From assembly GCA_038231275.1 (NCBI GenBank), contig JBBRLQ010000006.1:192001-256000 (forward strand): a stretch of DNA of 64,000 nt. The letters run 5' to 3'. The position numbers were made by a program, and so were the translations under genes. The stretch is from Polyangiales bacterium (lineage in GTDB: Bacteria; Myxococcota_A; Polyangia; Polyangiales; Polyangiaceae). This document shows, one piece after another, positions 46,654 through 56,352 of this stretch (the first letter of the stretch is position 1; every line of letters starts with the position of its first letter). The notes under the pieces were generated by a model, which had not been told where the DNA came from, did no database searches, and was given only the letters and a program-made list of their open reading frames with translations.

Positions 46654-49600
46654 CTACTCGCCGTGGCCGAGGGGTCCGTAGCCGTACTTGCGCGTGAGCT
46701 GGCGGACCACGTCGAGGTTCGCGACGAATGACGTCAGCTTCTGCGCGGACGCCTGGCAGAGCAGCGGGTCGACGCAGATCGGCTGGCCGCTACCGTCCTT
46801 CTTGTACGTCGGCTCGCCCGTCACCGGGTCCACCGACTGAATGACGTACGCCGTCGCCGCGAGCTGGTTCGCGTACTCGAGCATGCGCGCGCCCATCGAG
46901 CGCTGGACCATGCCGACCTTCGCGTTGACCATCTCTTTTCCGTACGAGCGGGAGTAGTAGATGATCCCGGTCGCCGGATCCTTGAAGCGGAGCTGCTCGC
47001 TCGGATCGATGGTGACCGCGTCGGCGCCGCCCGGCGTGTAGATGCGCGCCTGATCGACCATGTCCATCGTGAGCGTGCTCGGGCCGAACCAGAACACGTT
47101 CATGAGCATCCGGTACTGCTGCTCCCACCCGACGAGCGGATCGAGCACGTACGCGTCGGCCGAGTAGTCGAGCACCTGCGTCGAGGGGTTCCGCGCGTCG
47201 TACGTCTCCCACGGCAGGTACCGCACGCGCGCGACCTTGTTCTTGTCGAGCCCGCCGGTGCCGGTCGTGACGACGTACGGACCGTACGTCATCGGATCGC
47301 CCTGGAGCACCTGCGAGAACAGACGCCGAACCTGGTTCGGGTAGATGCTCGCGTAGTTCAGGTTCTTGTAGCGACCGTCGATGTAGTCCTGCTTCGAGTT
47401 CGACAAGAAGTGGTTGTACGCCTCGGTCAAGAAGTGAACGGCGAGGTGCTTCTCGTAATAGCTGCCCGCCCACTTCTGGTACTCGGACCAGTAGTAACCC
47501 TTCGTGTAGTCGTATTCGTTGTGGAGGTAGCGCCCTTCACCGGAGCCCGCCGCGATGTTGAACGCCGCCGCCGGGAGCGTGATGAAGTTGTTGTTGAGCG
47601 CCTGCGCGAACGGGAGAGTCTTCGTCGGATCGTCGGGCAGGTTCACCGTGTACGGCCCCGGCTCGGGACGCGTCATGATGCGCGCGAACATCGCGAGCCC
47701 GTCCGACGCGCCGAGCGCGAGCGGCATCAGCTGACCCGGATCGTTCAGCGCCTGATCGACCTGCGACTGGAGCGCGATGAGGAGCGCGAGGCTCTTCGTC
47801 ATGCCCTGGATCTTCGAGAAATACCGGTCCTGCTGACGGCCGATGACGCCACGTGAGCTGAACGTCACGCGGTCTCGGCGGAAGTTGTCGAAGATGTACC
47901 GGTTCTCGTACGTCGTGATGAGAAACTGGAACTGCTCGTACGAGTCGCCGCCCGCGTCGAAGCGGAAGACGGGGACGTTGCCGGTGTCCGCGTACTCGTC
48001 GGAGCCGAACATGTACGGGTGACGGACGCGGAACTTCGGCGCGCCTGCGGCTTTCTCGGCGTCCGTGGGGACGTGCACCGAGAAGTTCGCCGCCGTCTCC
48101 GGCAGGTGATCGAGCGCGGCGTCGCCGTACTTGCCGGTCGACTTCATGTCGCGGACCGACGCGTAGTCCATGTCGAACGTGTCGCACTTCGCCGTCAGCA
48201 GATCGTTCGGATCGGTCGGCGCCGTGCAGTTCCGGAGGATCCCGTACTTGTCGTTGAACGTCGAGTAGTGGTTGCCGCCGATCGACTGCCCGACGATGCC
48301 GCCGAAGCCGTCGAGCGCGAAAAGGTACGCGCTCCCCTTCGTCGTCTGCGAGCCGTCGCCAACGCCGCCGGTGAGGATCGCGTCGTTGTCGAGATCGACG
48401 ACGTCCGCGTACCCGAAGCGCATCGCGGCCTTGTCGTACTGGCCGAGGTTGTTCATGTCCTGGGTCTGATCGCCCGGGTAATCCATGACCGTGGTGGAGC
48501 CCCACTTCCAGATGAGCCCGTTGGTCTCCGCGTCGGTGAGCGGATCGACCCAGCGCGGGCCGATGCACTCCTCACCTTTCGCGTGCGGAGTCGTCGCGTC
48601 GAGCTTGCTGTCCGGCGTGAAGTTCGCGTCCTGCGTGCAGAAGTGCTCCTTGCCGTTGCGCGTGCGGAGCTGCCAGTACTGCGGGTGGTAATTGAGCGCG
48701 TCGTACGAGCCGGTGAAGTTGTGGCGGAGGCCCACCGAGTGGCCCATCTCGTGCGCGATGACGGCGACGTGGAACTGCTCGCGGATCCACTGATGAAGCT
48801 TGGCATCCCGCGTTGCCTTGAGCGCCGGGTAGTCCGGATCGTTCTTGTCGGGCAGCGGGTAGAGACGCCCAGCCTGGCGCGCCATACCGACGAGCGCGTC
48901 GGGCTCCGGCTGCTCGACCATGCAGGTGCCGCGCGCGGCCATGCCGGTCTGGCGGAGGCGCGCGAGCTGCGCGTGCACCGTGGGGTTCATGCCGCGCATC
49001 GGCGACGCCACGGACAGCAGCGCGTCGTTGCCGGCGACCTTCGTGTCCTTGGGGTAGCCCGCGCCTTGGAGCCACTCGGGCGTGACCATGCGCGCTTCCC
49101 ACTCGGTGCCGATGACGCTCTGGCGGAACGCCTCGAACTTGGTGTCGAGCGACGGTCCGAGCGTCGACGCGAGCGCGGCCGCCGCCTTCTTGTACTGGAG
49201 CTCCTTCGGGAGCGCGGCGTCCTGCTTGGTGAGGCCGTTCGACTTGGACGCGCTCGTGTCCAGCGAGCGAAGGCGGCTCTGCAGGTCCTTCGTCTCGAGA
49301 ATTTGCGGTGCGAAGCTCTTTTTGCCGAGCGCGGTCGCGCCGATCCAGTCACGCAGGTACTGGCCGTTCATGATCTGCGCGTCGGAGATCTCGCCGTTGA
49401 TCCAGCGGAGCAAGTCTTCCGTGCCCTGCGACGCGATGTCGAGGACGTGGCCCCACTCGTTGACGCTCGTGACGACCTTCTCGCCGGTGAGCGGATCGTT
49501 CGCGTCGACCATGATGCCCCACGGGCTGGGCGTCTGCGGGGTCGGGATGATGTTGACGATGTTGTAACGAATGTCCCCGAGGCGCGCGAAGACCTGCGTG

Positions 49601-51309
49601 CGGATGCCGTGGTCGCCCTTGGGTCCGCCCCAGTTGCAGGCGTCGTTGCCCTTGTTCGCGTCGGTCTTGGCGATGCAGGTCGGCTGCGCGCTCATCGCGA
49701 CGCCGCGGCACGCCGGGTGATCGGTGTCGGTCGTCGGGTTGTGGCAGAGGACGAAGACGTGGGGGACCTTGGCGCCGGCGTCGGCGATGAGCCCGTCCTC
49801 GTCGGTGATCACGTTCGCGGGGATGTCGGCGCCGACGCGGCGCGCGGAGACCATCTTGCCGATCTCGGCGGCGCGCTTGATCGCGACGTTCCACTGATCG
49901 AGCGCGTTGTTGGTCGACGCGAACAGATCCGCCGCCGAATCCGGGCCGTAATACCAGGGGATCGTGCGCAGCTCGCGCATGTGGTGCGGCAGCGCGCACT
50001 TGTTCGCGAACTCGTCGCAGCGCGCGCCGGGGTAATAGAGATCACCGTTGGCGTTCGCGATCTCGCACTCGTCCTCGGTGCCGTTCTTGTTCTCGTCGCG
50101 GTGGACGTCTTTGCCGATCGGCGACTGCGGGTGCGGCAGCGCGAATTTCTCGTTCGCGCCGGCCGGGATCGGGAGGCCGGTGGCCGTGTCCTGGAGGAAG
50201 TTGCCGTCCTTGTCGACCTTGTACTTGGCGACGTTGCCGTCGGCGTCACGCCAGTAGTCCGTCGCGCACTGCGCGTATTGGCGCTTGCTCGGGTCCTCCG
50301 ACTTGGTCGACACGTGCGACTGCTGCCAGATGTTGTACTTGGCGGCGAAGCGGTGCCACTTCTCGTCGAGGACGCCGTAGTTGCGCTCGTAGCCGTAGCG
50401 ATCGACCGTGAACCAGCCGAACGCCTCCTGGCGTTGGCCGTTCCAGTCGACGGCCTCGTAGTCGTTGTCGACGACGCGCTTGAAGGAGAGGCGCAGCGTC
50501 ACTTCGGTCGGGTTGCAGTTGGCGATCGGCGCGCCGCCGCCGTACTCCGACGGGAAGAAGCAGAACGGGAATTTCTCGCCGGGCAGCTCGGGGATCTCGA
50601 CGACCTTGGGCGTCGCGAACGCCTTCGTCGTCACGTCGAAGTAGCCCTCGTTCTGCGAGAAAACAGGGTGATTCGGATCGTCGGGGTTGTCGACGGCGTA
50701 GGCCATCGGATCCCACTGGATGCCGCCGAAGACGCCCATCTGGCTGAGCGTGTCGACCTCGTAGCCGTCGGTGACCATGTTCTTCCCCCAGTCGACGCGG
50801 AAGAACTCGCGCTGGTACCAGGGGCGGTCGGTGGTGTTCTCTTCGATGACGTTGAGCTCTTCGCCGGTCGTCGTGTTGTAGGCGCGGCGGATGTCGAAGT
50901 GGCTGAGCACCTGGAACATCGCGACGACCTGGCCGTCGTTCGTGCGGCGCGAGCCTTTGAAGTCGCTGCTCTGGATGTGCTCGTACGTCTGGCGCGCGAC
51001 GAGGCGGGTGGCGTGCTCGTCGGAGCCGGTGATCTCCCACTTGATGCGGGAGAGCGGCTGCGCGTACGTTGCGGTGAAGATGCCGTCTTGCGCGGCGCCG
51101 TACGGGACGTCGACGACCGTGTTCCGCATGTAGAACTCGGGATCGTCCTTCGGGCTCGACAGATCGTCGCCGACGAAGAAGTGCTTGGAGAGCGCGCTCG
51201 ACTGAACGCGGTTGATCGGATCGCGCTCTTGCGCGCAGCCGATCGCGCCGTGCATGACGGCGCCCGCGATCGCAACCAAGCCCAGCCGCCGGATCCACTT
51301 CGAGCTCAT
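46654..51309 (-). CDS. Giant lipoprotein with metzincin-type zinc metalloprotease motif
   Basis: GAGGAGG RBS; lipobox AIGC; HEMGHSVGLRHN (HExxHxxGxxH) and Met-turn TVMDY. Confidence 0.85.
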   Translation of the reverse strand: MSSKWIRRLGLVAIAGAVMHGAIGCAQERDPINRVQSSALSKHFFVGDDLSSPKDDPEFYMRNTVVDVPYGAAQDGIFTATYAQPLSRIKWEITGSDEHATRLVARQTYEHIQSSDFKGSRRTNDGQVVAMFQVLSHFDIRRAYNTTTGEELNVIEENTTDRPWYQREFFRVDWGKNMVTDGYEVDTLSQMGVFGGIQWDPMAYAVDNPDDPNHPVFSQNEGYFDVTTKAFATPKVVEIPELPGEKFPFCFFPSEYGGGAPIANCNPTEVTLRLSFKRVVDNDYEAVDWNGQRQEAFGWFTVDRYGYERNYGVLDEKWHRFAAKYNIWQQSHVSTKSEDPSKRQYAQCATDYWRDADGNVAKYKVDKDGNFLQDTATGLPIPAGANEKFALPHPQSPIGKDVHRDENKNGTEDECEIANANGDLYYPGARCDEFANKCALPHHMRELRTIPWYYGPDSAADLFASTNNALDQWNVAIKRAAEIGKMVSARRVGADIPANVITDEDGLIADAGAKVPHVFVLCHNPTTDTDHPACRGVAMSAQPTCIAKTDANKGNDACNWGGPKGDHGIRTQVFARLGDIRYNIVNIIPTPQTPSPWGIMVDANDPLTGEKVVTSVNEWGHVLDIASQGTEDLLRWINGEISDAQIMNGQYLRDWIGATALGKKSFAPQILETKDLQSRLRSLDTSASKSNGLTKQDAALPKELQYKKAAAALASTLGPSLDTKFEAFRQSVIGTEWEARMVTPEWLQGAGYPKDTKVAGNDALLSVASPMRGMNPTVHAQLARLRQTGMAARGTCMVEQPEPDALVGMARQAGRLYPLPDKNDPDYPALKATRDAKLHQWIREQFHVAVIAHEMGHSVGLRHNFTGSYDALNYHPQYWQLRTRNGKEHFCTQDANFTPDSKLDATTPHAKGEECIGPRWVDPLTDAETNGLIWKWGSTTVMDYPGDQTQDMNNLGQYDKAAMRFGYADVVDLDNDAILTGGVGDGSQTTKGSAYLFALDGFGGIVGQSIGGNHYSTFNDKYGILRNCTAPTDPNDLLTAKCDTFDMDYASVRDMKSTGKYGDAALDHLPETAANFSVHVPTDAEKAAGAPKFRVRHPYMFGSDEYADTGNVPVFRFDAGGDSYEQFQFLITTYENRYIFDNFRRDRVTFSSRGVIGRQQDRYFSKIQGMTKSLALLIALQSQVDQALNDPGQLMPLALGASDGLAMFARIMTRPEPGPYTVNLPDDPTKTLPFAQALNNNFITLPAAAFNIAAGSGEGRYLHNEYDYTKGYYWSEYQKWAGSYYEKHLAVHFLTEAYNHFLSNSKQDYIDGRYKNLNYASIYPNQVRRLFSQVLQGDPMTYGPYVVTTGTGGLDKNKVARVRYLPWETYDARNPSTQVLDYSADAYVLDPLVGWEQQYRMLMNVFWFGPSTLTMDMVDQARIYTPGGADAVTIDPSEQLRFKDPATGIIYYSRSYGKEMVNAKVGMVQRSMGARMLEYANQLAATAYVIQSVDPVTGEPTYKKDGSGQPICVDPLLCQASAQKLTSFVANLDVVRQLTRKYGYGPLGHGE

Positions 51310-51557
51310 CGTCGACCTCCTCAAAAGAAGACCTCGCCTGGTGGCGACATCTCACGCGCGCGAGCGAAAGCGTGAGGCTTCCTGCAAGCAACGCTCCGCG
51401 GACTAAAGCACGCGAATCCCGTGTTTTATAGTCTCAAAGGGGTTCTTCCGTTAGGAGCCTGACCGTCCGCAATGCGCACGGCGGAGATCTCCCCACCTCG
51501 ACGCTGGGTGTAGGTTTGCTTTGCGTCGGGCGGTAGAAATGGGATGGATCCGGACGC

Positions 51558-52208
51558 ATGCGAACCCAAGGGCGCGCCGTGGTGGCCATCGCATGCGGTG
51601 GGCTGTGGGCCCTCGCGGGGTGCAACGCGCTCTTGGGGCTCGACGCGCGGGACGGCGACGGAACCGACGGATCGGTGCCTTCCTCGTCCGAAGCGGGAGG
51701 CGAGGGCGGCGGCGGGGGTGGCGGCGGGGGCGGTGGCGAGGGCGGTGCAAGCGACGGCGGCGGCACCGGATCGGACGGCAGCAGCAGCATCGACTCCGGC
51801 AAGCGCGATGGGAGCACAGCCGACACCGGCAGCAGCGACACGGGGACCCCGGACTCGGGCGAGGACTCGGGGTGCTCGGCGCTCGGCGACGTCCCCGACG
51901 GCGCGCCGCGGACCTTCTACGGGAGCTGCGTCGTGAACGCGAGCATGTGCAACGCGTACGGGTACACGGGCGATCTCGGCGTGACGGCGCTGTCGATCCA
52001 GATCCAGAAGACTACGTGCGCGAACCTGAGCGGCACGTGGGCCGACGCCGGATGCAACCTCACGGGCGCCGTCTTCGGCTGCGAGCACGAGTCGAGCGGC
52101 GGGTACGTCTGCGCGACGCTCGCCATTTCTTGGTTCTATCCACCCCGCACCGTCGCCGACGAAGACGCCGCCTGCCCCGCTGGGACGGGCACCGTCGTCC
52201 TTCCGTGA
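51558..52208 (+). CDS. Hypothetical lipoprotein with Cys-rich C-terminal domain
   Basis: LAGC lipobox, G/D/S linker, 8 Cys in the C-terminal domain. Confidence 0.75.
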   Translation: MRTQGRAVVAIACGGLWALAGCNALLGLDARDGDGTDGSVPSSSEAGGEGGGGGGGGGGGEGGASDGGGTGSDGSSSIDSGKRDGSTADTGSSDTGTPDSGEDSGCSALGDVPDGAPRTFYGSCVVNASMCNAYGYTGDLGVTALSIQIQKTTCANLSGTWADAGCNLTGAVFGCEHESSGGYVCATLAISWFYPPRTVADEDAACPAGTGTVVLP

Positions 52209-52220
52209 TGGGCGCGAACG

Positions 52221-53504
52221 TCAGCGGCCGAGGCGCACCGCGACTGCGCGGGCATGGGCCTCGAGGCCCTCGAGACGCGCGAATTCTTCGATGAAATGGC
52301 CGTGCGCACGCAATGCCTCGGGCGAGTACGCGATGAGCGACGTGCGCGTGACGAAGTCGTAGACGCCGAGCGGCGAGCCGAAGCGCACCGCGCCGCCGGT
52401 CGGGAGCACGTGCGACGGACCGGCCAAGTAATCCCCCGCGGCCTCCGGCGTGAGGTGCCCGATGAAGGCGGCGCCGGCGCGCGGGATCGCGGCGAGCATG
52501 CCGCGCGGATCGTCCACTTGCAGGCTCAGGTGCTCGGCGGCGAGCACGTCGGCGATGCGCGCCATCTCCGCGCGTGACGCGGCGACGAAGGCGTGGCCGT
52601 TCGCCTCGAGCGACGCCTTCGCGATCGCGACGCGCGGGAGCGTGGCCAGCTGCGCGGCGAGGGCCTCTTCGACGCGCGCGACGATCTCGGCGGAGCTCGC
52701 GACCAGGAGCGGGTACGCGGCCTCGTCGTGCTCGGCCTGGCTGAGGAGATCGGCGGCGACGACGCGCGGATCGGCGGACGCGTCCGCGACCACGAGGATC
52801 TCGCTCGGTCCCGCGATCGAGTCGATGTCGACGGCGCCGAACACGAAGCGCTTCGCGCACGCGACGTACAGGTTGCCGGGACCGACGATCTTGTCGACGC
52901 GCGGCACCGACGCGGTGCCGTACGCGAGCGCGGCGATCGCCTGCGCTCCGCCGGCGTCGACGATGGCCGTCACGCCCGAGAGGTGCGCGGCGGCGTAGAT
53001 CGGATCGTCGGACGCGTCGCCGGCGAGCGGTGTGGCGAGGATGATTTCGGGGACGCCCGCCACGTGCGCAGGGATGGCGCTCATGAGCACGCTCGACGGG
53101 TACCGCGCCTTTCCGCCCGGCGCGTACACCCCGGCGCGCGCGACCGGCGAGACGCGAACGCCCAGCGCGACGCCGTCCTCCTCGTAGGAGAAGCCGGCGT
53201 CCTTCTGATGCAAATGAAACCGGCGGATGCGCGCCGCCGCGAGCTCCATCGCTTCGCGCGCGGGCGTCGAGAGACGTGAAAGGGCTTCTTTTCCAGGGTA
53301 TTCACGAACGAAGAGCGACGCGGCGCTCCTCTTGTCGAACCTCGAAGAGTACCGGCGGACCGCCGCATCACCTTCCGCGCGGACGGCGGCGAGGATCTCG
53401 CGCACGATCGGCTCGACGCGCGAGAAGTCCGCTTCCCCGCGCACGGCGAGGCGCGCGAGGGTGTCGCCCAGCTCCTTGGTTCCTTCGTGGTGCACCGCGA
53501 GCAT
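52221..53504 (-). CDS. hisD: Histidinol dehydrogenase
   Basis: YAPGGKARYPSSVLM, GGAQAIAALAYG, KIVGPGN, AGPSE, SQAEHD, AGPSHVLPT; start MLAVHH at 53504. Confidence 0.96.
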   Translation of the reverse strand: MLAVHHEGTKELGDTLARLAVRGEADFSRVEPIVREILAAVRAEGDAAVRRYSSRFDKRSAASLFVREYPGKEALSRLSTPAREAMELAAARIRRFHLHQKDAGFSYEEDGVALGVRVSPVARAGVYAPGGKARYPSSVLMSAIPAHVAGVPEIILATPLAGDASDDPIYAAAHLSGVTAIVDAGGAQAIAALAYGTASVPRVDKIVGPGNLYVACAKRFVFGAVDIDSIAGPSEILVVADASADPRVVAADLLSQAEHDEAAYPLLVASSAEIVARVEEALAAQLATLPRVAIAKASLEANGHAFVAASRAEMARIADVLAAEHLSLQVDDPRGMLAAIPRAGAAFIGHLTPEAAGDYLAGPSHVLPTGGAVRFGSPLGVYDFVTRTSLIAYSPEALRAHGHFIEEFARLEGLEAHARAVAVRLGR

Positions 53505-53546
53505 CGCGCGCGGAACGGTAGCACGCGCGCGTGGTAGCGTCGGAGC

Positions 53547-54359
53547 GTGGCACGGTGGGCCGTCGGGATCCTGGCGCTCGCGGCGGCGTGTCGCCCCGCC
53601 AAGGTCGCGGAGCCGGCGGCGTGCGGGCGCGACGACGTGCTCGTCCTCGGCGCGTGCGTTCGCCAAACCGTCGCCGCGAAGATCTGCGGACCGGCGGCCA
53701 CGTGGGATCCGGCCGCTGGCGCCTGCGTCGCGCGGCCGTGCGACGCAGGTCACGTCCGCGACGAGCTGACCGGCGAGTGCCTCGGCGAGCTGGCCCTCCG
53801 CGCGATCGGCGAGCGTCAGCACGTGACGACGGACGCCACGCACGTCCTCGGGTGCAAGAAGCAGCAGGAGCTCCACGTCGCTGGCGGTCTTGCGCGGTGC
53901 CTCGAGCCCGACATCATCCCCGCGGTCGCGCCGCGCGCCTGCCGACCCGCCGAAGTGTGGGACGGCCGCGCGTGCGCGCCGCTCGGGGGAGCGTCCGGAA
54001 TCGACGTCGCCACGTGGGCCCGCGCCGCGCTCGGCCCCATGCTCTGCCCGCAGGCCACGCGCGATCCCTCCGCGTTCGATCTCTTGACCGGCGCGACCAC
54101 CCCCCTCGAGGCCGACGTCGAGCTCGATTTCCCCGACAACGACGTCACCGCGGTCTACGCGCGCGTCGTCCCGCGACGCCCCCTCGGGTCCGCCGCCTTG
54201 TCGAGGGTCATCGCAGCCGTCGACGCGAACGTTGAGCTCCTTCGCGCGCTCGGCGGCACGGCGCGCGCAGCCAGCTACGTCCAGCGCATCTCATGCACCG
54301 TCCGCGCGGGCGCGAGCCCCGTCGCCCTTCCGACCTCCCCTGCGGACGAAAACCGGTAA
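53547..54359 (+). CDS. Hypothetical Cys-rich lipoprotein
   Basis: AAAC lipobox; several short Cys repeats. Confidence 0.65.
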   Translation: MARWAVGILALAAACRPAKVAEPAACGRDDVLVLGACVRQTVAAKICGPAATWDPAAGACVARPCDAGHVRDELTGECLGELALRAIGERQHVTTDATHVLGCKKQQELHVAGGLARCLEPDIIPAVAPRACRPAEVWDGRACAPLGGASGIDVATWARAALGPMLCPQATRDPSAFDLLTGATTPLEADVELDFPDNDVTAVYARVVPRRPLGSAALSRVIAAVDANVELLRALGGTARAASYVQRISCTVRAGASPVALPTSPADENR

Positions 54360-54415
54360 GGCTCGCGGGGGAATTCTGCTAGCGTAGGGTCCTCTGAACT
54401 TTTGCGAGGGTTTAC

Positions 54416-55015
54416 GTGGATAGCGATCTCGTCGACGCAGTCGAGGGACTCAAGGCCATATCTCAGCGTCGGAAGATCGATGTCAGCTTCGGCAAAGCGC
54501 CCGCTCCCCTCATCGACGAGCTGAAAAAAAAGCTCAAAATTCCGGCGCGTTATAGAGCATTTTTGGCGGGCGCGAACCCGGTGCGCGTCGAAACCGTCAC
54601 GCCGGTCGAGCGCGTGCGCCTCATGCCTGCCGAGGAGCTCGAAAGGGCCCAGGACGCCATCAAGACGCCCGCCGAGCCTGGCGCGTCGGTCCCCCTCGAC
54701 TGGAAAGCCTCGTGGGTGGTGATCGCGGAGAGCTCGCTCCTCGGCGATCCCTACTTCCTCGACGTGTCGAAGCCCGATCCCGAGGGGGACTGCCCCGTCT
54801 ACACCGCGATGAGCGGCCAGGACCGCTGGGTGCCGACGCTCGCCGCCTCCAGCTTCGCCCAATTCCTCCGCATCCTCTCGACGGCGATGGAGATCGCGGC
54901 CGGCTTCGGCGACGCGATCATGGACGACGAAGACGAGGACAGCTTCCGCGAAGCCCTCGGTCCGAAGGTGAAGGTCATCGACGCCGCCGCCATGCGCGCG
55001 GGCCACTGGACGTGA
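54416..55015 (+). CDS. SMI1/KNR4 (SUKH) family protein
   Basis: LKIPARYRAFL, WVVIA...GDPYFLD, PVY, LAASSFAQFL. Confidence 0.8.
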   Translation: MDSDLVDAVEGLKAISQRRKIDVSFGKAPAPLIDELKKKLKIPARYRAFLAGANPVRVETVTPVERVRLMPAEELERAQDAIKTPAEPGASVPLDWKASWVVIAESSLLGDPYFLDVSKPDPEGDCPVYTAMSGQDRWVPTLAASSFAQFLRILSTAMEIAAGFGDAIMDDEDEDSFREALGPKVKVIDAAAMRAGHWT

Positions 55016-55041
55016 CGCGGCGCTGCGAGTAGACGCCGGGC

Positions 55042-55857
55042 ATGCCGGAGACCGCGTACGCCCAGAGCCGCTACCAGCACCCTCAGATCGATCACCGGTA
55101 CGGGCCGCAGGTCCACCTCCTCGATGATCCGGTCGCGTGGACGCTCCTCGCGCGCCTCTGCGCACGTGAAACGGTCCAGCCCGAGGTCGGGCGCCTCGTT
55201 CGCGCCCTCTACGAGCGCCTCGCGGAGGTCGTGCTCGCCACCGAGTTCCCGCGCGAGCGCATCGACGTGCCGACGCGAATGGTCACGCAGCGTCCGGAGG
55301 CGGTCTACCGCGGGATCGCCCTCGCCGCCGACACGAAGGCGATCACCGTCGGCATCGCGCGCGCCGGCACGATGCCTTCGCAGATCGTCTACGATCTCTT
55401 GAACTCCGTCATCGATCCCGACGGCGTCCGGCAGGATCACCTCTTCATGTCGCGCCAGACCGATGAGAAGGGTCGCGTCACCGGCACCGCATGGCATGAC
55501 GCGAAGATCGGCCGCGACGTCGACGGCCGCATCGTCCTCTTTCCCGATCCGATGGGAGCGACCGGCGGCTCGCTCATCAGCGCGCTGTCGCACTACAAGA
55601 CGAAGCTCGATGGCAAGCCGGGAAAGTGCATCACGATGCACCTCATCGTCACGCCCGAGTACATCAAGAACGTGCTTCAGGCGCACCCCGACGCGGTGAT
55701 CTATGCGCTGCGCCTCGATCGCGGCCTGTCTGCGCCGGAGGTGCTGACCACCGTGCCGGGGACGCGGTGGGAGGACGAAAAGGGGCTCGACGAGCGCCAG
55801 TACATCGTCCCCGGCGCGGGTGGCGTCGGCGAAATCCTCAACAACGCGTGGGTGTGA
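55042..55857 (+). CDS. upp: Uracil phosphoribosyltransferase
   Basis: IARAG, PDPMGATGGS (PRPP loop), LDERQYIVPGAG. Confidence 0.85.
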   Translation: MPETAYAQSRYQHPQIDHRYGPQVHLLDDPVAWTLLARLCARETVQPEVGRLVRALYERLAEVVLATEFPRERIDVPTRMVTQRPEAVYRGIALAADTKAITVGIARAGTMPSQIVYDLLNSVIDPDGVRQDHLFMSRQTDEKGRVTGTAWHDAKIGRDVDGRIVLFPDPMGATGGSLISALSHYKTKLDGKPGKCITMHLIVTPEYIKNVLQAHPDAVIYALRLDRGLSAPEVLTTVPGTRWEDEKGLDERQYIVPGAGGVGEILNNAWV

Positions 55858-55944
55858 GGGCGGCGTGACCGGGCACAAACCCGCGTAGGACGAACACTGA
55901 CGTGGCGAATTTGCCGCGCCGCAATCCTTCGCCGCCGTTTTTCT

Positions 55945-56352
55945 TTGGCCTACGATTGGCGTTCCGTGAGCATCAAGGCGGGCGCGTTCGACATCACCTG
56001 GGATCCCGCATCGCGCGTCGCCACGTTGACGTGCGCGCCGGGCACTTCGCTCGGCGGAGCAGACGGCGTCGCCCTGGTCGCGGCGCTCAAGACATGGGTC
56101 GACGGGGACACGGCTCCCTATGCGGTCCTCGTGGACGCCGCGGGCATCGGCCGGACCGAGCCCGAGCTCCGCGCCGTCGTACGCGCGTTCTTCACCGCCC
56201 ATCGCGCGCGCCTGCGGATCGCGCTCTACAACCTCACGCCACTCCTCCGGGTGACGGCGGAGATGTTCCGCATCGGCGCGCGCGTGAACCTCCGGCCCTT
56301 CGCGACGGAGAGCGACGCGCGATCGTGGCTGCGCGAGAACGGCCCAACGTGA
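55945..56352 (+). CDS. SpoIIAA/STAS-SEC14-like small protein
   Basis: VLVDAAGI...PELR...IALY...LLRV...FATESDARSWL; GTGA overlap with the kinase. Confidence 0.7.
   Translation: MAYDWRSVSIKAGAFDITWDPASRVATLTCAPGTSLGGADGVALVAALKTWVDGDTAPYAVLVDAAGIGRTEPELRAVVRAFFTAHRARLRIALYNLTPLLRVTAEMFRIGARVNLRPFATESDARSWLRENGPT

Noticed and set aside
48019..51375. 1118-aa plus-strand ORF
   Set aside because: Antisense shadow of the metalloprotease lipoprotein.
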